Source: Coriobacteriales bacterium (lineage in GTDB: Bacteria > Actinomycetota > Coriobacteriia > Coriobacteriales > UBA8131). From it: a stretch of 40,150 nt of DNA. This document shows, piece after piece, positions 24,964 to 32,263 of this stretch. Position numbers and translations under genes: made by a program. The notes under the pieces were generated by a model. That model was not told the DNA's origin. It was given only the letters and a program-made list of their open reading frames with translations, and did no database searches. Numbering within the stretch: the stretch's first letter is position 1; every line of letters starts with the position of its first letter. The stretch spans positions 1-40,150 of the forward strand of contig JAITEK010000068.1 of assembly GCA_031282085.1 (NCBI GenBank), read 5' to 3'.

Positions 24964-26781
24964 ATGACCACAACAACGATTACGACAGCAAACACAAACA
25001 CAACCGCAAGCGTGGCAACAGCCGGGAGAGCAAGCACAACCCTGCCCTCAACCTCGGCGACTCCGGCGGCCTCGGCGCCTCCGGTGACCACAACAGCAGC
25101 GTCGGCGCCAGCGCCGACGCACGCATTCTACGAGCAGGAACGGCTCACTCCTTTGGAGCGCGTCACCGGAATCGTCGATGCAGACTCCTTTGAGGAATGG
25201 GACAGCGAGCTTTTGTGCCGCACACCGTTCCCGCTGCCCTTCTATGAGGACCGTTTGGAGCGTGAGAGGGAGAAGACCGGGTATCCCGAAGCGGTCTGCT
25301 CGGGCAAGGCGACCATCGGCGAACATCCCGTTGCCGTTATCGCAATGAACCCCTTCTTCCTCATGGGGTCGATGGGCTCAACCGTGGGCGAGCGCATAAC
25401 GCGCGCCATAGAGCACGCAGGCGAGGCGGGGTTGCCCCTCATCGTCTTTGCCGCATCGGGCGGTGCGCGCATGCAGGAAGGGCTGGCCTCGCTTCTGCAG
25501 ATGGCGAAGATCTCCTGCGCGCTGGCCCGTTACGCCGAGAAACGGCTCCTCTACATCTCCGTGATGACCGACCCGACGACCGGCGGTGTTATGGCCGCGC
25601 TCTCGTCACAAGGCGACATCATCATCGTGGAGAGGGGCGCCCAGATAGGTTTTACCGGCCGCCGCGTTATCGAGGCGACCTTCCGTCCGCAGTTCCCGGA
25701 GGAATTCCAAAGTGCGGACTACGCCCTAGAGCATGGTCTTATCGACATCGCCGTGGAGCGTTCAGAGCTGCGCGCCACCCTGGCACGCCTGCTTGCACTC
25801 CATCGGCACCGCGGACGGGACGCAACGGGGCATACGCATAAGGTCGAGATCCTGCCAAGCTCCGGGCGACATTGGCCCAACGCCAATGCGGGCGCCGACG
25901 GGAAGCGCTCTGCCTGGGACAAGGTCCGGCTCGCACGGAAGATGGACCGCCCCACGGCACAGACCTATCTGAGAGAGATAATCACTGATTTCGTCGAATT
26001 GCGCGGCGATCGCGGCTTTGCTGATGACTCGGCTATTATCGGCGGCGTCGGACGCCTCGGTGGCTTCCCTGTTACGGTTATCGCGCAGGAGAAGGGCGTC
26101 ACCACCGCAGAGCGTGTCGCGCGTAATTTCGGCATGCCACACCCCGAGGGTTACCGTAAGGCGATGCGTCTCGCACGCCAGGCCGAGAAGTTCGGGCGCC
26201 CGGTCATCTGTCTCGTCGATACGCAGGGGGCGCATTGCGGCGTCGAGTCGGAAGACCGCGGCCAGGGCAACGCCATCGGCGATTGCCTTACCGTTATGTC
26301 GACCTTGCGGGTGCCCGTGATAAGCGTCATCCTCGGCGAGGGAGGCAGCGGCGGCGCATTGGCGCTGGCGTTGGCGAACTCGGTCGGTATGCTGGAGAAC
26401 GCGATCTACTCCATCTGCTCCCCCGAGGCGTTTGCGACCATATTGTGGAAGGACTCCTCGCGTTCGGCTGAGGCCGCGGAGATCATGCGCATCACCGCTC
26501 ACGAGGCCTTTGAGATGGAGGCCATCGACGAGGTGATTCCTGAGCCGACAGAAGGCGCGCACGCCGATCCACACACAGCCGCGGAGGCGGTAGAGCACTT
26601 CCTCGTACGGGAGCTGGAGCGCCTTGTGCCTCTGGATGCAGAAACGCTCATGCGAAAACGGCAGCAGCGGTTCCGCGACTTCCTGCGCATCGAGCAGCAG
26701 CACACACACGAGGCCAGCATCTTGGATTTTAGGGCCATTGACCGTGAGGAGTACGAGCTGTCGGTAGCCCAGGGTCGCTGA
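24964..26781 (+). CDS. Acetyl-CoA carboxylase carboxyltransferase, fused beta-alpha (AccD-AccA) polypeptide
   Basis: ATG at 24964 (GAGG 7 nt upstream; the ORF track uses GTG at 24952). AccD-like portion: GKATIGEHPVAVIAMNPFFLMGSMGSTVGERI...FAASGGARMQEG. AccA-like portion: WDKVRLARKMDRPTAQTYL...GDRGFADDSAIIGGVGRLGGFPVTVIAQEKG...GEGGSGGALA. The N-terminus is Thr/Ala/Pro-rich and lacks the CxxC pairs of the AccD zinc ribbon. Confidence 0.85.
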   Translation: MTTTTITTANTNTTASVATAGRASTTLPSTSATPAASAPPVTTTAASAPAPTHAFYEQERLTPLERVTGIVDADSFEEWDSELLCRTPFPLPFYEDRLEREREKTGYPEAVCSGKATIGEHPVAVIAMNPFFLMGSMGSTVGERITRAIEHAGEAGLPLIVFAASGGARMQEGLASLLQMAKISCALARYAEKRLLYISVMTDPTTGGVMAALSSQGDIIIVERGAQIGFTGRRVIEATFRPQFPEEFQSADYALEHGLIDIAVERSELRATLARLLALHRHRGRDATGHTHKVEILPSSGRHWPNANAGADGKRSAWDKVRLARKMDRPTAQTYLREIITDFVELRGDRGFADDSAIIGGVGRLGGFPVTVIAQEKGVTTAERVARNFGMPHPEGYRKAMRLARQAEKFGRPVICLVDTQGAHCGVESEDRGQGNAIGDCLTVMSTLRVPVISVILGEGGSGGALALALANSVGMLENAIYSICSPEAFATILWKDSSRSAEAAEIMRITAHEAFEMEAIDEVIPEPTEGAHADPHTAAEAVEHFLVRELERLVPLDAETLMRKRQQRFRDFLRIEQQHTHEASILDFRAIDREEYELSVAQGR

Positions 26782-26813
26782 TTGATCGGTTGATTGATTA
26801 AGGCTCGGCGCGC

Positions 26814-27932
26814 CTACACGGTGCGCTGAGCCTTGTGAGCGCGTTTGTAGAAGTACATCTTCTCATCGGCCATGCTGAGCAGTTCGCTCGCAGGCAGTTT
26901 GCTGGCCTTTGTCACCCCGACAACACCATAGCTCATCGAGTGGTTATACAGCGAATCCGGCTCGTCGTTCTTCGCGACGAGTTTGTCACGCAGGCGCTCA
27001 AGCCGCTCCTCGGCGGCACTCGCGGCCCAATCACGGGCCAGCAGCATGAACTCGTCACCACCGAGACGGCAGAGCACCGAGTCGTCGGAAAACGCACGGA
27101 GCTGCTCCGCGACCATCAGGATGTAGGCGTCACCCTCATTGTGGCCGAACTTGTCATTAACGTACTTGAGGTTGTCCATGTCGATGAAGCACAGGGAGAA
27201 CTCAACGTGGTTCTCAAGCCACTGGTTAAAGGTCAGCATGCCGTAGTGGCGACTGTAGACGCCCGTGAGCGGGTCGTACTTCGCGATCTCCTCAAGGTCC
27301 GAGAGCTCGCGGCGACTTGCGGTCACATCGGTGAAGATAAACACCACCGCCTCGTTATCCCCCCATATATAGGGGTGCTGCTCAACCGAGAACGCCTGGA
27401 AGCCGCCCTCAAAGGTAAGCTCCATGTCCGAGGTCGTCTTGAGCCCACAGCGGTCATCGGCAAGTTGCGCGCCAAGCCACTCGTAAAGCTGCGGCTCGGT
27501 TGAAGGGTTGAGGAGGACCTCCTCAACCGGGTGATTGCGCAGCAACTCCTCTTTGCTATCCTTGTTGAGCACTATGATGAGCTGGGACATCTGCGCCGTG
27601 ATGTCCTCAAAGACCGCAATGCCCCGTTGCAGGGCCTGGGACTTCCGCTCGCTCACTTCAACCGCCTGCTCCAAGGCTGTGCGCCGCTCATCGAGCTGCT
27701 GCACCATGTTGTTGAGCGCCTCGGAGAAGTCCCCCATGAAGCTGACCCGCTGCTTGTAGTCGCCCTTGGCTATCTGCTGGGTCTGCCAGGTGAGGTGGCG
27801 CAACGACGCCTGGAGCGATTTGAGCCCCGCGGCTACCTCGTTGCCTGGGGAGAGCGGGTTGGTGTCGAGATCGCCTTGCGCTATGTCGGAGGCAAGCGTG
27901 GTGGTCTCCCGCACACTTTGGACATAGTACAA
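26814..27932 (-). CDS. Cytoplasmic HAMP-like/coiled-coil GGDEF diguanylate cyclase
   Basis: TTG start at 27932 (AAGGG 6 nt upstream). HAMP-like ASDIAQGDLDTNPLSPGNEVAAGLKSLQ. GGDEF core YDPLTGVYSRHY...NDKFGHNEGDAYL...LCRLGGDEFMLL. No N-terminal TM segment. Confidence 0.85.
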   Translation of the reverse strand: MYYVQSVRETTTLASDIAQGDLDTNPLSPGNEVAAGLKSLQASLRHLTWQTQQIAKGDYKQRVSFMGDFSEALNNMVQQLDERRTALEQAVEVSERKSQALQRGIAVFEDITAQMSQLIIVLNKDSKEELLRNHPVEEVLLNPSTEPQLYEWLGAQLADDRCGLKTTSDMELTFEGGFQAFSVEQHPYIWGDNEAVVFIFTDVTASRRELSDLEEIAKYDPLTGVYSRHYGMLTFNQWLENHVEFSLCFIDMDNLKYVNDKFGHNEGDAYILMVAEQLRAFSDDSVLCRLGGDEFMLLARDWAASAAEERLERLRDKLVAKNDEPDSLYNHSMSYGVVGVTKASKLPASELLSMADEKMYFYKRAHKAQRTV

Positions 27933-28136
27933 CAGGCCCTTGGCAAAATCCCTGAATCCCTCCGGCAGATCCTCAGGATCAAGTTTTGCCTCGTTGGGGA
28001 AGTACAGGACATTCCTCAGGTACTCGAACAGTTGAGTGGCTACGGGATCCGTACGTACTCACCAGCCTTACCGGAGAAGCTCGGCCATTGTTGCCGGCCA
28101 AGCATGGCGGTCATTGATTGGAATTGCAGAAAACCC

Positions 28137-28691
28137 CTACGACAGAACCGTGCCCTTAAAGCGGCAGACGCGGTCGCCGTTGGCCCAACAGTCGACTTCA
28201 CGCACGTCATACTTGTGGCCGGTATAGGTCTCGAGGATTCCCGAGATAAAGCCCTCGTCATAGAAGCAGACTGTCTCGTTGGTCATCGGCAGGCCGCTGC
28301 AATCGAGGTCCTGTCCAACGGTCAGCACGAGATTGCCGGTCTCCGCGTCGAAGGCCTCCATGCGCAGGATGCCGATCTTGAGGTCCTCAAGCGCCTTTTG
28401 GAGATTGGCCACAAAGGTGTCGAGATCGACGTCCAGATTCAGCACGTTCTTCGCGAACTCAGTGCCCGCCAAGAACCCGCATTTGCGCCATAACTCGTTG
28501 GCTTGCTCCGTGCCGTACTCGCGTGTGAGTACGTCGAGCATCGTGAACTGCATGAGGCGATATACCAGTACCGGCATCTCCTCACCCAGATCGCCGCGCC
28601 CCTCTTTGATGTCTCCGAGATTCTCCCAACGGAATACGTTGTGAGTCGGAGGCGCTTGGAACACATTTTCCGCCTGAAACACATTTTCCAT
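28137..28691 (-). CDS. V4R (4-vinyl reductase-type) small-molecule-binding domain protein
   Basis: 184-aa ORF with GGAG SD. The C-terminal VCFYDEGFISGILETYTGHKYDVREVDCWANGDRVCRFK is a typical V4R Cys-containing signature. The N-terminus carries an 18-bp tandem duplication (ENVFQA twice). Confidence 0.7.
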   Translation of the reverse strand: MENVFQAENVFQAPPTHNVFRWENLGDIKEGRGDLGEEMPVLVYRLMQFTMLDVLTREYGTEQANELWRKCGFLAGTEFAKNVLNLDVDLDTFVANLQKALEDLKIGILRMEAFDAETGNLVLTVGQDLDCSGLPMTNETVCFYDEGFISGILETYTGHKYDVREVDCWANGDRVCRFKGTVLS

Positions 28692-28787
28692 TATTATCGC
28701 TCCTCACGTAACTGATAGGCCCTAGGAGACGCGCCAATAACCGCCAACGCTTCCCCAAACGTAGCTTACTTTCATTTTCCCTTGTCC

Positions 28788-28793
28788 ATTATA
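28788..28793 (-). promoter_or_regulatory. Perfect TATAAT -10 box upstream of the V4R gene
   Basis: The minus strand reads ctgatagTATAATggacaag, about 95 nt upstream of the ATG at 28691. There is no convincing -35. Confidence 0.35.
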
Positions 28794-28863
28794 CTATCAG
28801 TTTAGCTGCCTTGACCAGTATCCGCACCGCCCATTCGCACCGACGGATATCCTCGTACGTCAC

Positions 28864-28896
28864 CCGTCATACTGGCTTTATGCCAGCATCCACCCG
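28864..28896. repeat. Copy A of a 33-nt hairpin-containing motif (CCGTCATRCTGG.TTYAT.CCAGCATCCAMCCG)
   Basis: ccgtcatactggctttatgccagcatccacccg matches copy B at 28/33. The hairpin is ctggc-tttat-gccag. Confidence 0.8.
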
Positions 28897-29027
28897 ACGG
28901 CGGTGGCCGTCCCCGTGAGACCGTGTGTCGCGCTTCGCGCTCTCTAAGCGTCGCTCGCTATCGCTCGCGACTGGATTTAAGGGACAAGACCCGTAGGTTC
29001 GCGCAAGCGCTTCACCCGTCCTTCGCT

Positions 29028-29052
29028 GACAAGGCTCCACTGGAGCCTTGTC
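29028..29052. repeat. Perfect 11-bp stem hairpin
   Basis: gacaaggctcc-act-ggagccttgtc. Confidence 0.85.
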
Positions 29053-29086
29053 CGGGCGCTCGGACCCAGAATGACGGGATTTTCGT

Positions 29087-29119
29087 CCGTCATGCTGGGT
29101 TCATCCCAGCATCCAACCG
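29087..29119. repeat. Copy B of the 33-nt hairpin-containing motif
   Basis: ccgtcatgctgggttcatcccagcatccaaccg, with hairpin ctggg-ttcat-cccag. The C/G to G/C difference from copy A is compensatory. The 5' part also pairs with cccagaatgacgg (29066-29078). Confidence 0.8.
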
Positions 29120-29153
29120 GGCGCGATAGCGACCGGGTGTGCTGCACACCGCG

Positions 29154-29171
29154 GAACGGCGTCAGCCGTTC
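29154..29171 (-). terminator. Hairpin just downstream of the PilT-like gene (possible terminator, no U-tract)
   Basis: gaacggc-gtca-gccgttc, a 7-bp stem lying 13 nt after the stop at 29184. A second hairpin ggtgtgc/gcacacc follows. Confidence 0.3.
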
Positions 29172-29183
29172 TCGTGACACGGG

Positions 29184-30245
29184 TTATGAGGCGGCTAATT
29201 TGGCCAGGGAGTCGGGGGATAGGGCGCGGGTGAGCATTTCCTGGTAGGAGATGCGGCCTGCGCGGTAGAGGGCCAGCAGACTTGCGTCCATGCCGATCAT
29301 CCCCTCCTCGGAGCTGGTGTTGATGACCGACGGTATCTGGTGCGTGCGTCCCTCGCGGATGAGGTTGCGCACGGCGTTGTTGCAATGCATGATCTCAAAG
29401 GCGGGTACCATCCCCCCATCCAGCAGAGGGACGAGCTGCTGAGACACCACCGACTGGAGCACCATGGAGAGCTGCATACGCACCTGGGTCTGCTGCTCGG
29501 CGGAAAACGAGTCCACCAGACGGTCAACCGTGTTGGTTGCACCGACCGTGTGCAAAGTGGAGAACACGAGGTGGCCCGTCTCGGCGGCCGTCAGCGCAAT
29601 GGAGATGGTCTCGGCGTCGCGCAGCTCGCCGATGAGGATCACGTCGGGACTCTGGCGCAGGGCGGCGCGCAGGGCGGTGGCGTACGAGGACGTGTCGATA
29701 TTGACCTCGCGCTGGCTCACCAGGCTTTTTGCGTGCCGATGGAGGAACTCTATGGGGTTCTCCAACGTGATGATGTGGGCGTTGCGCGTGTTGTTGATGC
29801 GGTCGATGATGGTGGCGAGCGTGGTGGTCTTGCCCGAGCCAGCCGGCCCGGTGATGAGCACCAACCCCCGCCTCAGCTCGGCAAGCTCAAGGACGGAGGG
29901 TGGGATGGAGAGCGTCTCGGGGTCGGGCATCTCAAAGGAGACCACGCGGATGACCGCCGCAAAGGTGCCGCGTTGCCGATAGGTGTTAACGCGGAAGCGC
30001 GAGACCCCCTTGATAGCAAAGGAGAAGTCGTCGTCCCCTCGATCGATGAGGTAGTCGAGCGAGCGGTCGTCGGCGAGCTTGTATATCTGCTCGATGAAGT
30101 CATGGGTGTCGGCGGGCATGAGTATCTGATCGTCACGCGCGCTGATGATGTTCCCTCGCTTGTAACTCAGCGGCTTACCGGTGATGACGAAGACGTCCGC
30201 GACGCCCATGTTCACCATCTCGGTCAATAACTCCTGTGCGTTCAT
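29184..30245 (-). CDS. pilT: PilT-family type IV pilus retraction-type ATPase
   Basis: ATG at 30245 (GGGAAGGG SD); the ORF-track start at 30305 is less likely. Walker A GPAGSGKTTTL, Asp box ITLENPIEF, Walker B DVILIGELRD, His box GHLVFSTLHT, and the PilT-type C-terminal signature AVRNLIREGRTHQIPS. Confidence 0.85.
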   Translation of the reverse strand: MNAQELLTEMVNMGVADVFVITGKPLSYKRGNIISARDDQILMPADTHDFIEQIYKLADDRSLDYLIDRGDDDFSFAIKGVSRFRVNTYRQRGTFAAVIRVVSFEMPDPETLSIPPSVLELAELRRGLVLITGPAGSGKTTTLATIIDRINNTRNAHIITLENPIEFLHRHAKSLVSQREVNIDTSSYATALRAALRQSPDVILIGELRDAETISIALTAAETGHLVFSTLHTVGATNTVDRLVDSFSAEQQTQVRMQLSMVLQSVVSQQLVPLLDGGMVPAFEIMHCNNAVRNLIREGRTHQIPSVINTSSEEGMIGMDASLLALYRAGRISYQEMLTRALSPDSLAKLAAS

Positions 30246-30327
30246 GTAGTACCCTTCCCTCAAAGAGCCGTGGCTCTCCTTCTCCAATGTGCGCTGGCGT
30301 TGCACCAGCGGCGCCCCTTGGGCTCCT

Positions 30328-30771
30328 CTATCGCTTCGGTGTGGTCTGCCATCTGAGTATATCTGTTTCCCCCACCGTGTCGAGGGCTATCTCGACGATG
30401 AGGTCGCGCCGCTCATCGATGGCAAAGGTCTCGGTGAGGTGCACGTTCCCGCTGTTGTCAACAGTGGCCTTATAACCCGCCGCGGACAACTTGTCCGCAA
30501 GCGCGCTCAGCGCGGCACTGTCACCCCACTCCAAATGGCCGCGATTGTTCCGGACAAAGGCCTCCATATCGGCCAGCCACTGTTCCGCCTCACCATCCGC
30601 CGCGTAGTAATGCTCCGCCGAATCGGTCGCCTTGTCCGAGAGCCGCAGATCCGCGCGGGCCGAGACGAGGGCAAGCACCGAGAAGGTGGTGAGGAGCACC
30701 GCGACCATGATGGTTACCAGCGTGGAAAGCCCCACGCCCACGGCAGAACGAGGTGTGATCCGCTTGCTCAT
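30328..30771 (-). CDS. Single-pass membrane protein, PilX/ComGG-like N-terminus (putative minor pseudopilin or assembly factor)
   Basis: 147 aa. N-terminus RSAVGVGLSTLVTIMVAVLLTTFSVLALV. ATGA overlap with the upstream gene (30768-30771). No canonical G/FxxxE processing site. Confidence 0.5.
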   Translation of the reverse strand: MSKRITPRSAVGVGLSTLVTIMVAVLLTTFSVLALVSARADLRLSDKATDSAEHYYAADGEAEQWLADMEAFVRNNRGHLEWGDSAALSALADKLSAAGYKATVDNSGNVHLTETFAIDERRDLIVEIALDTVGETDILRWQTTPKR

Positions 30772-31286
30772 CCGTCAACTCCCGTCCCCAGTTGATAGGC
30801 GCTCACCTGATATTCGAGGATCGTCGTCGCGGTGGCTGGCGTTGAGCCCTCAAGTAAGGTGATCCGGGCCTTTTGGACGGGGTCGTCCTGCTCGGCAATA
30901 AAGTCGCAGCGCAGCGTGAAGTACGGCCGATTGCCGCCATCGGCGCCCTCAACAGCACTGCCCTCGCCCACGCCGCTGACCGGCAGCAAGTTCTGGTCGT
31001 AGTACCAAACGAGCGCGCCGTCCTCCTGGTGGGCGCCGGGCAGGTCCGCCAACGCCGAAGTCTGGCCGCCCTGCGCCTTAAACAACTCCGCCCGCTCCTG
31101 GGCCTCTATGCCCAACTGCGAGAGGGCGGCGCTACGGGTGCTTTCCACACGCGCCGCGCCGAAAACTTGCAGGCAGATAACCGCGCAGATGGCAAAGATA
31201 ACAAGGTCGAGGGTCAGCTCGAGGAACAGGGCGCGCGTGACGGCGGTGCGGTGCGGCGGGGTGACCATGGCTTTGCGCGTACCCAT
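30768..31286 (-). CDS. Single-pass membrane protein (putative pseudopilin-like or assembly factor)
   Basis: 172 aa. TRALFLELTLDLVIFAICAVICLQVF is a hydrophobic N-terminal helix with a Glu in a pilin-like position but no Gly at -1. There is a 1-nt TGATG overlap with the upstream gene. Confidence 0.5.
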   Translation of the reverse strand: MGTRKAMVTPPHRTAVTRALFLELTLDLVIFAICAVICLQVFGAARVESTRSAALSQLGIEAQERAELFKAQGGQTSALADLPGAHQEDGALVWYYDQNLLPVSGVGEGSAVEGADGGNRPYFTLRCDFIAEQDDPVQKARITLLEGSTPATATTILEYQVSAYQLGTGVDG

Positions 31287-31837
31287 CAGTCTACACCCCC
31301 CTCTCTGCGTATAGGCGCCAGGGAATCAAGTTCCTCAAGGCCAGAGCCCGGGTAGCGGTCGCTCACTGTTCCCCGTTGCGTGCGCAGCCAGAGGTTCACG
31401 TCGGTCGCCTGCCCGTCCAGCGTATAGAAGGTGGCGTTGACGAGCGGGCCGTCCTGCTTGAGCACCAAGGACGCCATGGGCATGATGGGCTGGCACAGCT
31501 TGGGGTCTACCGTATCCCCCGGAGCAAAGAGCCCCTCGTACAGAGTCCGGTCCTGCACAAAGAGCCAGGTCTCGTAATTCTGCCCGCTCCGCTTCTCGAT
31601 GAGTACGAGGGCCGGTGCGCCCTCAACCGAATCGACGCGCAGAGCGTCGCTGAGGTCGTTTTGCCGGACCTTCTCGGCAACGTACAGGGCGCTCGTGCGC
31701 TGGTTGTAGTTATTCTGCATGACCTCCGCCGTGTCGCGGTAGACCTCGGCGCCGATGATACAGAGGAACAGCGCACTGGTGGCATAGACAAAGAACAGCG
31801 CGACCACAACAACCAGGTCGAGAGAATGTCGCCTCAT
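31286..31837 (-). CDS. Single-pass membrane protein (unknown; pilus-operon component)
   Basis: 183 aa. N-terminal helix LDLVVVVALFFVYATSALFLCIIGA. Tightly packed in the operon, with a 9-nt gap upstream. Confidence 0.5.
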   Translation of the reverse strand: MRRHSLDLVVVVALFFVYATSALFLCIIGAEVYRDTAEVMQNNYNQRTSALYVAEKVRQNDLSDALRVDSVEGAPALVLIEKRSGQNYETWLFVQDRTLYEGLFAPGDTVDPKLCQPIMPMASLVLKQDGPLVNATFYTLDGQATDVNLWLRTQRGTVSDRYPGSGLEELDSLAPIRREGGVD

Positions 31838-31846
31838 CGCTACCCC

Positions 31847-32245
31847 CTAGCCCTCTGTACCGGGCAGACCGAGGAAGTCCGCGATGTCGTGGGTGGGAGC
31901 GGCCTGGGGGATGGGGACAACCCTGATCTGCGGGATGAGGTTGTCGCCCAACGACTCGTAGTAGACCACGTAACGCTTGCTATCGATGGTGAGGCCGTAG
32001 TTATCCCGGAGATACTCAACACCACCTATTGTGGGAGGGAAGCTGCCCTCGATGGCGTAACATTGAATGGCGCTGCGCCGCACGCTGTCGGCGACGAACT
32101 GGGCCTGCTTGTCTGTGACCGTATTGGACCAACCGCCGCTGCCCCCTATAACGAGGACGCAGACGAGCGCCACGAACACCAGCGTCCACAAAAGACGCGA
32201 GGTGACAACGCGGAGCACGAGCGGTCTTTGGGTCCTATCCTCCAT
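31847..32245 (-). CDS. Single-pass membrane protein (unknown; pilus-operon component)
   Basis: 132 aa. TM helix LLWTLVFVALVCVLVIGG. 18-nt gap after the PilC-like gene. Confidence 0.5.
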   Translation of the reverse strand: MEDRTQRPLVLRVVTSRLLWTLVFVALVCVLVIGGSGGWSNTVTDKQAQFVADSVRRSAIQCYAIEGSFPPTIGGVEYLRDNYGLTIDSKRYVVYYESLGDNLIPQIRVVPIPQAAPTHDIADFLGLPGTEG

Positions 32246-32263
32246 CGCAGACGACGTTCCTCC

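Noticed and set aside
9169-26781. The synthase-exporter cluster as a horizontally acquired genomic island or mobile element.
   Set aside because: No integrase, transposase, flanking direct repeats or tRNA gene is present. Composition looks similar by eye to the flanking housekeeping genes. Acquisition cannot be excluded but is not supported by anything in the window.
27933-28139. The V4R ORF and the GGDEF ORF are in the same reading frame. An open, coding-looking stretch of 42 codons (27933-28058) precedes the TTG start, suggesting a disrupted V4R-HAMP-GGDEF fusion or pseudogene.
   Set aside because: Three in-frame stops (TAG 28137, TAA 28068, TGA 28059) separate the two ORFs, and the TTG at 27932 has an AAGGG SD at suitable spacing. 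Two separate genes is the simpler reading.
29066-29125. tRNA-like T-arm and 3' acceptor-like sequence (gctgg-gttcatc-ccagc-atccaac) in both 33-nt repeat copies. This suggested a tRNA gene or tRNA-derived att sites flanking an island.
   Set aside because: No complementary 5' acceptor strand, D-arm or proper anticodon arm lies upstream. The T-loop lacks the conserved A58 position. No integrase or other mobile-element gene lies between or beside the copies.
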